Source: an uncultured Gammaproteobacteria bacterium
GTDB lineage: Bacteria; Patescibacteriota; Microgenomatia; PFEM01; DATLAM01
DNA: 64,000 nucleotides
NCBI GenBank assembly: GCA_964566925.1
Contig: CAZMIZ010000001.1
Span: forward strand, 7,248 to 71,247
Direction: 5' to 3'
Shown: positions 8,794-17,453 of the stretch, piece by piece
Layout of the letters: the number at the start of each line of letters is the position of its first letter
How positions within the stretch are numbered: the stretch's first letter is position 1
Translations under genes and position numbers: made by a program
The notes under the pieces: model-generated
What the model was told of the DNA's origin: nothing
Databases searched by the model: none
Seen by the model: only the letters and a program-made list of their open reading frames with translations

Positions 8794-9960
8794 TTAATAG
8801 ACAACTTCCTTCCCCGCCGGCACAACCTCAATCCAAATTTCGCCTTTATTGAATTCAATCTCTTTACCCTTACTATCTAAAAACTTTGTTCGATCTTCTC
8901 GGTCACCCTTTTTCCAAGTCCCTTTAATTACCTTACCATCGAGGAAAACCAAAGCCTCGCCGGTACCCGTCGTGTCATAGAGTAAATGTTTAAGATCATC
9001 AATTGGGCCTGTTTCGCGTGCAAATTGAACAACAATGTTTTTAGCGATCAACTGTTCATCATTGTTAAGATCTTTATGGGAACTACCACCATTGTTCCTT
9101 TTATAAGCATTCGCTCCTTGGTCATATTCCCAGGTAACTTTATATTCTCCATAGCCACTCCAAAAACTAATTTCAATTTTGTCAACATCGCCCCGGTCAC
9201 TATCATCATCTTTGAATTTCCAAGAGGTAAAGTCTTCTTCCCAACTGTTACCATTCTGGTCTTTTTCTGTGATGCCTCGTTCTTGGGCCACCTCCCAAAG
9301 CTTGTCGGCGGTAGAATACATCGTATGCTCGGTGGCTACCGGATGATCTAGTCGCTCATAATCGCGCCAAAAGGTGGGAAAACCAATGGAAAATTGGTTC
9401 ATATCATTGCCCTCAGCCAACCAACCATAATCCGCGATTTGGCCTAAGGCATTGGCTGGACCGGCCACATTGGCCCCGCCAACATGAGCATAAAGAGGAA
9501 ATTCGCCGTATTCTGAAATCCAATCAAGATAATAAGTTCGTGCGCTTCTCACTGGGCCAACGGTGATATCTTCAGCCGAAGCACCACAATAATAAACAGC
9601 CATAAAACGAGTGATGCCGCCTTCGGCGACCGCTTCATAGACAATGTCAGCTCGGGACAAACCAGATTGTGGCCGTGCTTCGGAGTGGTTTTCAATCATC
9701 ACTCCCAGTGGTCGGCGTTCTTTCCAGATATCCCTCTCCGCCGCCGTATACATTTTACCGTTAAGAGGACAGCTTTCTGTTTTAGGCGCATTGGGATCAA
9801 TCCGGAAACGACTTTCCCCCACAGAAACTGGTGAAGTTAAACCAACACCCGGCTCGCCCCGAAGGTAAGAAAAGGCAGCGTAAGAGAGACCCGAAGAAGC
9901 TAGATAAAGAACGAGTGCCCCGACAATTAAAGTTAATTTTTTCTTTTTTGAATCGTCCAT
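8794..9960 (-). CDS. DUF3048-family secreted/membrane-anchored protein (YerB-like)
   Basis: N-terminal TM anchor. VMIENHSEARPQSGLSRADIVYEAVAEGGITRFMAVY matches the DUF3048 core. Confidence 0.55.
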   Translation of the reverse strand: MDDSKKKKLTLIVGALVLYLASSGLSYAAFSYLRGEPGVGLTSPVSVGESRFRIDPNAPKTESCPLNGKMYTAAERDIWKERRPLGVMIENHSEARPQSGLSRADIVYEAVAEGGITRFMAVYYCGASAEDITVGPVRSARTYYLDWISEYGEFPLYAHVGGANVAGPANALGQIADYGWLAEGNDMNQFSIGFPTFWRDYERLDHPVATEHTMYSTADKLWEVAQERGITEKDQNGNSWEEDFTSWKFKDDDSDRGDVDKIEISFWSGYGEYKVTWEYDQGANAYKRNNGGSSHKDLNNDEQLIAKNIVVQFARETGPIDDLKHLLYDTTGTGEALVFLDGKVIKGTWKKGDREDRTKFLDSKGKEIEFNKGEIWIEVVPAGKEVVY

Positions 9961-9964
9961 AATT

Positions 9965-10438
9965 TTATTTTATCTTTTTAGCGCTTTTAATGGCTCGTTT
10001 CTCCTCGGTTGAGAGCTCGTAACCCGAAGCCTTACCTTTCTTTACTGGCTTGGCATAGAGTCGGGTTGAATCACGGCTGTGGAGGCTAGAAATGACAAAA
10101 CCGCTACCTTCATCGTTTAAAAGGGCGAGGGTAAAGCTTTGGTTCCCACCCGTGTCAGCAAAAGGATTAAACCGAACCAGCCCTACCTTTTGAATATGTA
10201 AATGTCCGTCTCTCTCTACATTTTCTAACTGCTTAACGATTTTGTCAATCCTCTCTTCTTCTTTCTCGGCACCTTTTAAGAGTTTCTCTAAAATCGTTTT
10301 TAAGTCTTTTTTGGTTACCCCGGCCGTTAAGCGCCGATAATGAGTTAAATTGCGATAAGCCAACCAGGATAGAGCTGCGAGCCAAATAAAGACGGCGCCC
10401 GTGATTAGCCAGCCAATTTGGTCCAAATTGAGTAACAT
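9965..10438 (-). CDS. DUF4446-like membrane-anchored protein
   Basis: N-terminal TM helix. VGLVRFNPFADTGGNQSFTLALLNDEGSGFVISSLHSRDSTRLYAKP resembles DUF4446 proteins. Confidence 0.45.
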   Translation of the reverse strand: MLLNLDQIGWLITGAVFIWLAALSWLAYRNLTHYRRLTAGVTKKDLKTILEKLLKGAEKEEERIDKIVKQLENVERDGHLHIQKVGLVRFNPFADTGGNQSFTLALLNDEGSGFVISSLHSRDSTRLYAKPVKKGKASGYELSTEEKRAIKSAKKIK

Positions 10439-10491
10439 CCGTGTCCTTTATTCTAATGAGTTAATTCTTGACTGTCAACAGGAGCCTTAAT

Positions 10492-11148
10492 TCAATCTTT
10501 TCCCTCCCACTCGGCAAAAAATTGATTTAGATAGTCTTCCATAAACTGATGTCTTTTTTCAGCCCAGCGCTTACCGGTTTTGGTATGCATCCGGTCTTTC
10601 AGGAGTAAAAGTTTTTCATAAAAATGATTAAGCGTTGTTTGGCTCCCCTTTTTATAATCTTTAAAAATTAAATTCTTCCTCGGTTTAGCTTTTGGATTGT
10701 GAAGCAATCTCCTTTTTCCCCCACCATAAGTAAAGGCTCTGGCAATTCCTATTGCTCCAATTGCATCCAATCGATCCGCGTCCTGAACTACCCTGCCCTC
10801 AATTGATTTTAATCTATCCTTTTCATTTTCGCCCTTAAAAGAAACACCAGCAACAATTTCGCTCACGCAAGAAACTATCCCCAGAGTCACCCCTAGGTTT
10901 TCCAGCCATTCCTTGGCCACCATAGCTCCAACCGAAGTTTCTCTTTTGTCTTGGAATTTCCAATCAGCAATGTCATGAAGAAGAGCTCCAAGTTCGACTA
11001 CGAACATGTTTGCTTTTTCTTTTTTGCCAATTTTCTTAGCCATTTGCCAAACCCGATAGGTATGCCACCAATCATGTCCGCTTTCTCCACCAGAAAGCTT
11101 ATCTTTGACAAACTTTTCTGTTTTTTTAATAATCTCTTCTTTCGTCAT
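10492..11148 (-). CDS. HD-domain phosphohydrolase
   Basis: Metal-binding motifs H..HT and LHDIADWK, and a downstream D. Confidence 0.65.
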   Translation of the reverse strand: MTKEEIIKKTEKFVKDKLSGGESGHDWWHTYRVWQMAKKIGKKEKANMFVVELGALLHDIADWKFQDKRETSVGAMVAKEWLENLGVTLGIVSCVSEIVAGVSFKGENEKDRLKSIEGRVVQDADRLDAIGAIGIARAFTYGGGKRRLLHNPKAKPRKNLIFKDYKKGSQTTLNHFYEKLLLLKDRMHTKTGKRWAEKRHQFMEDYLNQFFAEWEGKD

Positions 11149-11186
11149 CCCCTTATTCTCCTACACTAAGAGCTTCGCATTTTAAA

Positions 11187-11816
11187 CTACAATCTTTTCA
11201 TTAAATATTCATCAAACCATTTGGCAGGAGGCTTTCTTTTTTGCCTCTTAAACGGTTTACTTTTATTTGTTTCCAAAATTTTAAAATAAGCTCCAAAAAG
11301 TTGCTGGATCTCTTTTTTAGAAAATAAATAGATCGACCCCACGCTGCGGCGGGCAAATTCTTTTTTAACACCCTCTTTACTAAAACATCTTAAAAGTAAT
11401 CTTCCTCCTTTTTTAGTGTGCTTGGCTACTTCATTAATATATTTCTTTCTTTTGCTTTTTGGGATGCCATGAAGATTAGCCCAATCCAGAACAAAGTCAA
11501 ACTTCTTATTGCTAAGAAAGCTCAAATCAACAGCATCTGCCACGATAAACCTTATTTCAACTTTTTCCCTTTTAGCCTTTTCTTTGGCGAATTTGATCGC
11601 TGTGGGAGAAATATCAATTCCAGTAACTTTAAACCTTTTTTTAGCCAGGTAAATCGCTTTTGCGCCAAGACCACAACCTAAATCCAAAGTTAAACCAGGT
11701 TTAACTTTCCCTGATTCGATAACGCTAGTAAAATAACTCGCCTGAGTCTTTTGCCAATAGACCTTTCCTAAAGGGGTTTTCGCGTAGAACCGCTCCCACC
11801 CAGAACGAGGATCCAT
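11187..11816 (-). CDS. Class I SAM-dependent methyltransferase
   Basis: Motif I LDLGCGLGAKAIYLAKKRFKVTGIDIS. An acidic residue follows in motif II. Confidence 0.7.
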   Translation of the reverse strand: MDPRSGWERFYAKTPLGKVYWQKTQASYFTSVIESGKVKPGLTLDLGCGLGAKAIYLAKKRFKVTGIDISPTAIKFAKEKAKREKVEIRFIVADAVDLSFLSNKKFDFVLDWANLHGIPKSKRKKYINEVAKHTKKGGRLLLRCFSKEGVKKEFARRSVGSIYLFSKKEIQQLFGAYFKILETNKSKPFKRQKRKPPAKWFDEYLMKRL

Positions 11817-11845
11817 GCCCTCATTCTATCACAAGCAAAGCCTCC

Positions 11846-12175
11846 TTGATTCCCGAACTTTTTTATGCTAGGCTAGGGGCACTTATGGCTAAGAAAAGAA
11901 AAACTAAAAGAGAAAAAATCATTATCCAACTAAGAAGAGAGCTTGCCAGACAAAAACAAAAAACGATCACTCCAAGCACAAAATCTGAAGTCAGTCAAGA
12001 GGCAATTTCAAAACAGGTTCAAATCAAGCCTAAAAAGCCTAAACCGATAAAAAAGGCCGATATTTCCATCTTTTTTTACGATCCGAGGCTAGTGAAGAGA
12101 GATCTAGCTAAGACTTTGATCCTGGCTTCAATTGCAATTAGCCTCGAAGTTGTGCTATACTTATACCTGCGTTAG
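11846..12175 (+). CDS. Hypothetical basic protein with C-terminal TM helix
   Basis: The ORF is Lys-rich with a terminal hydrophobic segment. The start may be the internal ATG at 11885 (MAKKRKTK). Confidence 0.3.
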   Translation: MIPELFYARLGALMAKKRKTKREKIIIQLRRELARQKQKTITPSTKSEVSQEAISKQVQIKPKKPKPIKKADISIFFYDPRLVKRDLAKTLILASIAISLEVVLYLYLR

Positions 12176-12177
12176 GT

Positions 12178-12207
12178 TTGACATTTATCTCTGCCCGAAA
12201 ATAAAAA
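12178..12207 (+). promoter_or_regulatory. Candidate sigma70 promoter (TTGACA-18-TAAAAA) for the small zinc-ribbon gene
   Basis: Consensus -35 TTGACA at 12178-12183. An A/T-rich -10 lies 18 nt downstream. Confidence 0.35.
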
Positions 12208-12261
12208 TATTCCTTAGCCCCGCCCCTGGCGGGGTGAGAAGAGAGGGGGTGAAAAGAATCT

Positions 12262-12402
12262 ATGGCAGATTTCTATTGTGTAAAGTGCCGCGCTAAGAGG
12301 AACGGAAAGAACGTTCAAAAAGTGACCATGAAGAACGGCAAACCCGCCAGAAAAGCAGTTTGCGAGAAGTGCGGTACCACTATGTTCCGAATCGGCGGCT
12401 AA
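12262..12402 (+). CDS. Small zinc-ribbon protein (46 aa, 2x CxxC). It resembles the widespread MAxxYCVKC...CGTxMFRI small-protein family. Absent from the ORF track.
   Basis: Translation: MADFYCVKCRAKRNGKNVQKVTMKNGKPARKAVCEKCGTTMFRIGG*. Strong RBS GAGGGGGTG about 12 nt upstream. A GC hairpin (12218-12234) lies in the 5' leader. A long terminator-like hairpin follows. Confidence 0.55.
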   Translation: MADFYCVKCRAKRNGKNVQKVTMKNGKPARKAVCEKCGTTMFRIGG

Positions 12403-12426
12403 GGAGGACTTTAAAATCTTTCCTTA

Positions 12427-12465
12427 AAACAAACCTGACTCCCTTTGTCGGGAGGAGGTTTGTTT
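12427..12465. terminator. Long imperfect hairpin with an A-run on its 5' side and a T-run on its 3' side. It is a candidate bidirectional terminator between the zinc-ribbon gene (+) and the ComM-like gene (-)
   Basis: AAACAAACC..CTCCC-tttgtc-GGGAG.AGGTTTGTTT, giving about 15 paired positions with a small internal loop. Confidence 0.45.
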
Positions 12466-12497
12466 ATATGCGCTTTAAGGCGCTTTTTTTATTTCTC

Positions 12498-14024
12498 TTA
12501 AGCCTCTTCTCTAGGCCGGTATTGAAGGGCCTCGGCAATATAAGTCGGACTAATTTCATCATCACCAGCTAAGTCGGCAATCGTCCTGGCCACCTTAATC
12601 ACCCGGAAATAACTCCGGGCAGAAAGATTTATTTGGGAAACGGCTTGGCGAAGAAGATTAAGACAATCTTTAGAAAGTAAGCAAAACTTCTTAATGTGGC
12701 GGGTTTGCATTTCAGTATTACAGGTAAGCTTCTTATTCCTAAAACGTTCTCTTTGCCGGTCTCGAGCTTTTTGAACTTTTTGGCGAATACTTTTTGATTC
12801 CTCGGCCACAATCCCCTCACGGGTGAGTTTGTCTACATCAACGGTCGGAACTTCAACATGAAGATCAATTCGATCAAGAATGGGACCGGAAAGTCTTTTT
12901 TGATAGCGAATTATTTGACCGGGGAGACAACGACACTGCTTCTTCTTATCCCCTAAATAACCACAGGGACAAGGATTGGAAGCGGCCACCATAATAAACT
13001 TAGCCGGAAAAGAAAGGGTCCCTCTGGCTCGAGAAATAGTAACAATCCCATCTTCCATGGGTTGACGCAAGGCCTCTAAAACATGACGGGGAAATTCAGG
13101 AAACTCATCCAGAAAAAGAACGCCGCGGTGGGCCAAGGAAATTTCACCAGGCCTAGGCCGCGTGCCGCCGCCGATAAGGCCAATTCTGGAAGTCGTGTGA
13201 TGGGGCGAACGAAAAGGTCTCTGTTTAATCACCGAAGTGCCTTGAGGGAGGTTGCCTGTAATGGAATAGATCTTGGTAACCTCCAAGGACTCTTCCTCAG
13301 TCAAATCTGGCAAAATTCCCGCTAAAGCCCGTGCTAACATTGTTTTGCCTGCTCCCGGAACACCTTTCATAAAGAGATTGTGTCCCCCAGCCGCTGCAAT
13401 TTCTAAGGCTCGTTTGGCTTGTTCCTGGCCGCGAACCTCAGACATGTCAAATTCGAATTGAACATCTTTGATCAAAGAAGAAAAACTGGTATGGGGCTGC
13501 TTTCTGATTTTATCAATTCCGGTTAGATGACTAAAAAGCTGAAGGAGCGAAGCAATCGGATAAACTTTCAAGCCTTTGATAATTGAAGCCTCTTTGGCAT
13601 TAACCGCCGGCAAAAACAGTCTTTTAAATTTTTTCTTTTTAGTCAAAAGAGCTAGTGGTAAAACCCCATTAGTGTGACGCAATGAGCCGTCTAAAGAGAG
13701 CTCACCCAAAACAAGAGTATCGTCCAGTTTAGCTTTTAATTGACCGGCGGCCATTAAAATGCCTAAAGCCATCGGCAGATCATAGGCCGGCCCTTCTTTA
13801 GGAAGGTCTGCCGGAGCCAGATTAATGGTAATCCGATGGGTGGGAAAATCAGCTCCGGAATTTTTGATGGCACTTCGAACCCGCTCTTTAGCTTCCTCGA
13901 CCGCTTTATCGGGAAGACCAACGATCGTGAAAGAAGGTAAGCCTGCAGAAGAAACATCAACTTCGACTTCTACGGGGATTGAATCCAATCCCACTGTTGC
14001 CCCAGAGAAAACCCTCGCCAGCAT
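12498..14024 (-). CDS. YifB/ComM-family Mg-chelatase-like AAA+ ATPase
   Basis: N-terminal Lon-protease-like ChlI domain (MLARVFSGATVGLDSIPVEVEVD...). Walker A GVPGAGKT. C-terminal Mg-chelatase subunit ChlI domain. Confidence 0.85.
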   Translation of the reverse strand: MLARVFSGATVGLDSIPVEVEVDVSSAGLPSFTIVGLPDKAVEEAKERVRSAIKNSGADFPTHRITINLAPADLPKEGPAYDLPMALGILMAAGQLKAKLDDTLVLGELSLDGSLRHTNGVLPLALLTKKKKFKRLFLPAVNAKEASIIKGLKVYPIASLLQLFSHLTGIDKIRKQPHTSFSSLIKDVQFEFDMSEVRGQEQAKRALEIAAAGGHNLFMKGVPGAGKTMLARALAGILPDLTEEESLEVTKIYSITGNLPQGTSVIKQRPFRSPHHTTSRIGLIGGGTRPRPGEISLAHRGVLFLDEFPEFPRHVLEALRQPMEDGIVTISRARGTLSFPAKFIMVAASNPCPCGYLGDKKKQCRCLPGQIIRYQKRLSGPILDRIDLHVEVPTVDVDKLTREGIVAEESKSIRQKVQKARDRQRERFRNKKLTCNTEMQTRHIKKFCLLSKDCLNLLRQAVSQINLSARSYFRVIKVARTIADLAGDDEISPTYIAEALQYRPREEA

Positions 14025-14073
14025 TAATTAAATAATAACACAAGATTAAGAATTCCTATTTTCCGAAGACTAA

Positions 14074-14490
14074 TTAAGATTGAAGTTTAGCCAGTTCTTT
14101 TTTTAGCCTTTTCATTTCCTTAGCCAAATCTTTCTGGATTCTCTTAATTTCCATTAATTGGCGATCAGCCTTCTCATCAAGCTTAATATCATGTTCTATT
14201 CGTTCTCGATCCCTTTTTCTTAGCCTGGCTTCATGAAGGTCTCTTTTTAATTCCGCTTTATTGGCGGCCATTAGAAGAAAAATGCCAATAAAAATCGCCT
14301 CTAGAGAAACGCTAAAGGTCAGCAGATTAACATCAAAATCAAGAATCAACCAAAGGCTGAACCAAAGAGTATGAAAGAAAACCGCCCACCAACTACCCAA
14401 AAACCAAGAAATCAAATCAGTAAACTTCTCCATCAAAGTCTTGGTCTTTTTGGGAATCTTAGCAGCTTTATTTAAAGGCTTAACATCCAT
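14074..14490 (-). CDS. DUF1003-family membrane protein
   Basis: GSWWAVFFHTLWFSLWLILDFDVNLLTFSVSLEAIFIGIFLLMAANK matches the DUF1003 core. The C-terminal coiled-coil is K/E-rich. Confidence 0.5.
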   Translation of the reverse strand: MDVKPLNKAAKIPKKTKTLMEKFTDLISWFLGSWWAVFFHTLWFSLWLILDFDVNLLTFSVSLEAIFIGIFLLMAANKAELKRDLHEARLRKRDRERIEHDIKLDEKADRQLMEIKRIQKDLAKEMKRLKKELAKLQS

Positions 14491-14558
14491 CGCTTAATTC
14501 TACTATAACAAACCAAAAAACCGAAGGTCAACCAACTAAACAACAATTTTTAATGTCT

Positions 14559-15086
14559 CTACTGCTTCGCCGCGTCTCTAGAAATCTCAACCCATGGCTC
14601 TTGAAACTCTTGTCTCCATTTCCTATGATAATAATTCTCTGCTTCTTTAAGTTCAGGCCGCTCCCCCTTCTGTTGTTTAACCCAATCACGCATCGAAAGC
14701 CAAACCCTTCTAGCTTTTTCCAAAGATTTAGGCTTAGACCAATCAGAAGCTTTAACTACTTTTTGGGCTTCTTTCAATCTTTCTCTTATATCATCAGGCA
14801 GCTCAGAAACGCCAGTTTCCCAATCTAAACGAGCTAATAATAAATGGCGAGATTTCTCAGCTAAATCAGGCCTAGAAGTAGTTATGGGAGCAACGCAAGC
14901 ATCATCATCTCCGGTAATAATATGGAGAGTAAAACCTAATATTAACTTTTCAATATCCTTTTGATCAAATCCGTATTGGGGAGCAACTGCCCGCAGCCAG
15001 TCAGATTGAACCTGAGGAAATTTTCCCCAAAATTGAGGATCTTCCACTTTGGGTTTAGGAATGTCGGGTTGCTCAAATTCGGCCAT
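14559..15086 (-). CDS. Hypothetical protein
   Basis: 175-aa ORF with a strong frame. No recognisable motif. Confidence 0.4.
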   Translation of the reverse strand: MAEFEQPDIPKPKVEDPQFWGKFPQVQSDWLRAVAPQYGFDQKDIEKLILGFTLHIITGDDDACVAPITTSRPDLAEKSRHLLLARLDWETGVSELPDDIRERLKEAQKVVKASDWSKPKSLEKARRVWLSMRDWVKQQKGERPELKEAENYYHRKWRQEFQEPWVEISRDAAKQ

Positions 15087-15121
15087 AATGGCTTTTATTC
15101 TATCATTTTAAGCCAAAAGAG

Positions 15122-16678
15122 TCAGGGGAGATGATACTCAAATCTTTTAACCGCTTCCCATTGCTCCGGAGAAATTTCTTCTACCTTGGTTTCCTTAACG
15201 TATAAACAGGTTTTTTTACCGGCAAAGTAAAGTTGGACATAGTTAACAGCTCTTTCTTCGGAGAAGTTTCTAGCGGTCGTTGTGCCCGAAGGACAAAAGC
15301 CGTAATAGAAATCCGGAGGCTGATGACGAAACATCTCCTCCCGGGCCTCAACATAGCGAGGAAAACCCTGCATTAAGTAGGTATACCAAGAATATTGATA
15401 GGCTGGCTTAAGATCAGCCTGCCAATAAACTAAATCCTGCCTATTATCGTCTAAAAACAAAGTATCACCGGGGTTAGCTAAAAGCTTAATCACTTCTCCT
15501 TTTGATAAATAGTCAGCATAATTGGTGACTAACTCCTCATGGCGATCAACTTTATCCCAGAGATAGGAGCCTGGTTTAAGCATCAAAAAACCTAAAGCTA
15601 TAAAAATCAAAGCGGTCAGGCCATAAGCCAACTCTTTCCTGGAATCGCTAAGGGATGATAAAAGGAAAAAAATGGTTATCAAAAACAAGGCATACCACTG
15701 AATCATATGAAAGGCTTCGTAAAAAATTGTTCCAGAAATGACCACCCGGAGGTTGGCCAAGCCTAAGAGAAAAATAAGGATGATGATTGGCTTTGTCTTT
15801 TTCAGCTTCTTAATCCCCAACCAAATTAAAAAAAGAAAAACGCTGTCCAACACCACTAGAAAAATCCGAAAAGAGTTCCATTTACCACCAAAGAAAAGGA
15901 ACAAAGGGTAAGCAAAGCTTTTAATGATTCCCCCATCAGCCAGAAGATTGTTTTTTGTTTCGGTCATGGCCACTGAAGCCGCATTGACTTTAAAAACATT
16001 GAAAAAATAATCTCTTAAAGGAAAAGATAAGAGCGTTAGCGAGGTTAAAAAAAGGAAAATCAGAAAGGAAATCAGTTTTGTTTTCCTCTTTTTCTCGTTC
16101 CATAAAAGAAGAAAATATAAAAAGGCTGCTAAGGGAACATAGGGTTCCCTGGCAAAAATCACCAACCAGGTAAAAAGACCGGCCAACAGATAATCAGCAC
16201 CCCAAATCGGCCGCTTTTCAAATTGATACCAAACTAGCCCGAATAAATAAACTAAAGGATAAACAATAAACGATTCAGCTAAAAAGCGGTCGCCAAAAAG
16301 ATAAAATTTGGTTAACTCATAGAAAATAATGAATCCCACTCCCGCCAGGCGAAATCTTAAAATAATTAAAACGCCCATCGCCAAAGAAAAAGCAAACAGG
16401 CAAAAACGATGAAATAATAAAAGCTCATAAAGGTTGGTTGGTTGAAGAACTTTTTGGACCAGATAGCTAAGAAAAGCCATCAACGGCTGGTGATTGAAAT
16501 AGATTTCTGAATATAAAATCTTACCTTTAAGCATAAAATAGCCAGCCACATAATTAAAACAGTCATCAAAGCAGCCAAAAGAAGAAGTCCGCGAGATCAA
16601 GATTTTGAAAACAAGAACAAAAAGGGGAATTAAAAGGAGAGAAATGAAAATGTTTCGTTTTTTGTTCACCACTGACAA
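15122..16678 (-). CDS. Polytopic membrane protein, probable GT-C-fold glycosyltransferase (PMT_2/ArnT-like)
   Basis: At least 11 TM helices. An acidic FDDCF motif sits in the first extracytoplasmic loop. A C-terminal soluble domain is present. Confidence 0.4.
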   Translation of the reverse strand: MSVVNKKRNIFISLLLIPLFVLVFKILISRTSSFGCFDDCFNYVAGYFMLKGKILYSEIYFNHQPLMAFLSYLVQKVLQPTNLYELLLFHRFCLFAFSLAMGVLIILRFRLAGVGFIIFYELTKFYLFGDRFLAESFIVYPLVYLFGLVWYQFEKRPIWGADYLLAGLFTWLVIFAREPYVPLAAFLYFLLLWNEKKRKTKLISFLIFLFLTSLTLLSFPLRDYFFNVFKVNAASVAMTETKNNLLADGGIIKSFAYPLFLFFGGKWNSFRIFLVVLDSVFLFLIWLGIKKLKKTKPIIILIFLLGLANLRVVISGTIFYEAFHMIQWYALFLITIFFLLSSLSDSRKELAYGLTALIFIALGFLMLKPGSYLWDKVDRHEELVTNYADYLSKGEVIKLLANPGDTLFLDDNRQDLVYWQADLKPAYQYSWYTYLMQGFPRYVEAREEMFRHQPPDFYYGFCPSGTTTARNFSEERAVNYVQLYFAGKKTCLYVKETKVEEISPEQWEAVKRFEYHLP

Positions 16679-16808
16679 TCTACCAGCATTATATCATCCG
16701 AACCGGAGTGGAATCCGAATTGTGGAAAAACACATGCTTCCCAGAGAATTCTAAAAAGTTTTTCGTCCTTTGAAGTTTTGGGGCAATTTCAAACCGCTCT
16801 GGGCAGGT

Positions 16809-16830
16809 CCAGCCCTTCACGAAGGGCTGG
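16809..16830. promoter_or_regulatory. Perfect 10-bp GC-rich hairpin (CCAGCCCTTC-ac-GAAGGGCTGG), followed by a second imperfect hairpin and a T-run, in the 168-nt spacer between two minus-strand genes
   Basis: Direct reading. On the plus strand it looks like an intrinsic terminator, though no plus-strand gene lies upstream. It may be an RNA structural or regulatory element. Confidence 0.4.
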
Positions 16831-16846
16831 ATCCCCTTCTAAGGGA

Positions 16847-17365
16847 TCACCATTTTTCTGGATGAACTCGATTTTCGTTATACTCTGATTCGTTGTGGTC
16901 TGGAATTTTTTCGTCGGGATAGCCAATAGGGAAAAGACAGAGAATTCTTTTTCCTTCGGGAATGTCCAGCTCTTTCTTGACCAACAATTCTCTTTCTTCG
17001 CCTTTTTCGTTCTTGCCTTTTAAAACATGAGCCCAACAGGTCCCTAATCCCTGATTGGTCGCCTCCAAATAAATGTGAGCGGCCGCCAAAACCGCATCTA
17101 ACAACCAAAACCTCTCGCTTTTGCCTGGATCAGCGACCACGACAATGACCACCGAAGCCCTTTTAATAAAATTTTGAAAGGAACCACAGGTTGAAAGCTT
17201 TTCCAGCTTTTGCTTGTCTCTAACGACCACATAGTCTAAAGGGTGAAGACTCTGGGCTGAAGGAGCAACCATGGCCGCCGTTAAGATTTGTTTTATCTTT
17301 TCATCACTAACCTTTTGACTGGTATACTTTCTGATGCTTCGTCTTTTTTTAAACAAACCGTGCAT
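16847..17365 (-). CDS. Nitroreductase-family protein
   Basis: N-terminal RRSIRKYTSQKVSDEKIKQILTAAMVAPSA and a central GxxWxH-type motif, typical of NADH/FMN nitroreductases. Confidence 0.75.
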   Translation of the reverse strand: MHGLFKKRRSIRKYTSQKVSDEKIKQILTAAMVAPSAQSLHPLDYVVVRDKQKLEKLSTCGSFQNFIKRASVVIVVVADPGKSERFWLLDAVLAAAHIYLEATNQGLGTCWAHVLKGKNEKGEERELLVKKELDIPEGKRILCLFPIGYPDEKIPDHNESEYNENRVHPEKW

Positions 17366-17396
17366 GTTAAGTTGATTTTACCAAAATTTTCTAATT

Positions 17397-17426
17397 TTTG
17401 CGATCAAGAATTCGTTTGTAGTATAA
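17397..17426 (+). promoter_or_regulatory. Sigma70-type promoter TTGCGA-18-TATAAT upstream of 17454
   Basis: -35 at 17397-17402 and -10 TATAAT at 17421-17426. RBS GAGAGGA lies ahead of the ATG at 17454. Confidence 0.45.
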
Positions 17427-17453
17427 TATAGGCTGTTTAGTTGAGAGGATTCT

